A stretch of 64,000 nucleotides of DNA, from the NCBI RefSeq assembly GCF_902713615.1, contig NC_052149.1, positions 87,499,519 through 87,563,518 of the forward strand, written 5' to 3'. Numbering within the stretch: position 1 is the first letter of the stretch; the number at the start of each line of letters is the position of its first letter. A program made the translations under genes and the position numbers. The stretch is from Scyliorhinus canicula (lineage: Eukaryota). Under the pieces are notes generated by a model, which saw only the letters and a list, made by a program, of their open reading frames with translations, was not told the origin of the DNA and ran no database searches. This document shows, one piece after another, positions 63,120 through 64,000 of the stretch.

Positions 63120-64000
63120 TCGGTCTGACGAGTCAATGGCATCGGCACTGTCAAGGCCATCTAAGAAAACATTGAGTCACTAATTTATGCATCTTCTTCA
63201 TTACCCCTCATCCTGGAAGATGCTATGAAATGGAAACTGTAGCTGCGAGTGACTGTGTGCCAGTGTGGTGGCTAAAGACAGAATTCTGGGTTAAAACAGG
63301 TGTTAAATGGGGATTTAAATATTTAAATTATTTATAGAGAGCCTCATGTAGTCTCCTGCATGCTTGCAAATCTACTCAGGTCAAACCAGAGGTAAGCAGA
63401 ATCATGTTGGGTATCTGCGCTGATACCACTTTAATGCCTGCCAAACCAACACCACCCCTTCCCCTGCACCAGAAGATGCGCTATCTGTGGGAAGGTCCTG
63501 TATTCCACACACAACTCACCCCACTGACACAGGGGGGAAGACACAGCTGAGATCAGTGAGGAGCCATGAAGGGTGACCATGACAGGGTTGGTATGGCACC
63601 TAACACTCTGTGCCTCCAAGCCAGTCAATTATAGTAACAAAACAGTACACAGGTTTGCAGCAACAGGAACATGTGTAGAGAATGCGCTTCTGTGTTCACT
63701 ATGAACAGCAAACAGTGGAACTCTTGCCCCAGATGTTCTGAAGTGAAATGTACATTTTTATTTCCTGTAACAAATTTTTTTGGCACGTCTGTTGAGTTTC
63801 AATGTTTGGAATTTAAAATGAAATGACGCAATTCCCAGGGCATTGTGTTCAAATCCAGTTGTATCTTCAGTTATGTAAAAACTTTGGAGAAATTGAAAAT
63901 GTTCTCCTTGGAGAAAAGAAGGTTGAGAGGGGATTTGATAGAGGTGTTCAAATTCATGTTGCATCTGGACAAAGTGGATAGGGAGAAACTATGCCCATTG

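Noticed and set aside
24022-64000. Upstream GLIS exon encoding ZF1-ZF2
   Set aside because: No CRW.DC, FNARYK or HSGEKPNKC coding sequence seen; probably beyond the window.

Overview
This is vertebrate nuclear DNA, not prokaryotic. The SINE/LINE content (HE1-like V-SINEs, CR1, Deu-like SINE) points to a shark or ray (inference). The window lies inside a minus-strand GLIS-family zinc-finger gene, most likely GLIS1. Two symmetric phase-0 coding exons are present: 23860-24021 (ZF3-ZF4) and 11842-11952 (ZF5, missed by the ORF track). I found no other exon, so the upstream intron appears to exceed 40 kb. The rest is intron packed with transposon relics: PIF/Harbinger MITEs, Harbinger derivatives keeping only the Myb/SANT gene, L1 and CR1 LINEs, a Mag-like Gypsy element, LTRs, a hAT/Buster relic, several SINE families and a tRNA-Glu pseudogene. 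I see no intact novel protein system. The leads most worth checking are: (1) Harbinger insertions with variable 3-bp TSDs but a shared palindromic target flank; (2) CpG-rich MITEs carrying NRF1-, CRE- and GLIS-like motifs; (3) several inverted repeat pairs around the in-frame-skippable ZF5 exon; (4) head/tail swapping among SINEs, including a SINE inside a CR1 3' UTR; (5) a YLDN reverse-transcriptase motif. Repeat boundaries were read by eye and are approximate unless a TIR or TSD is quoted.
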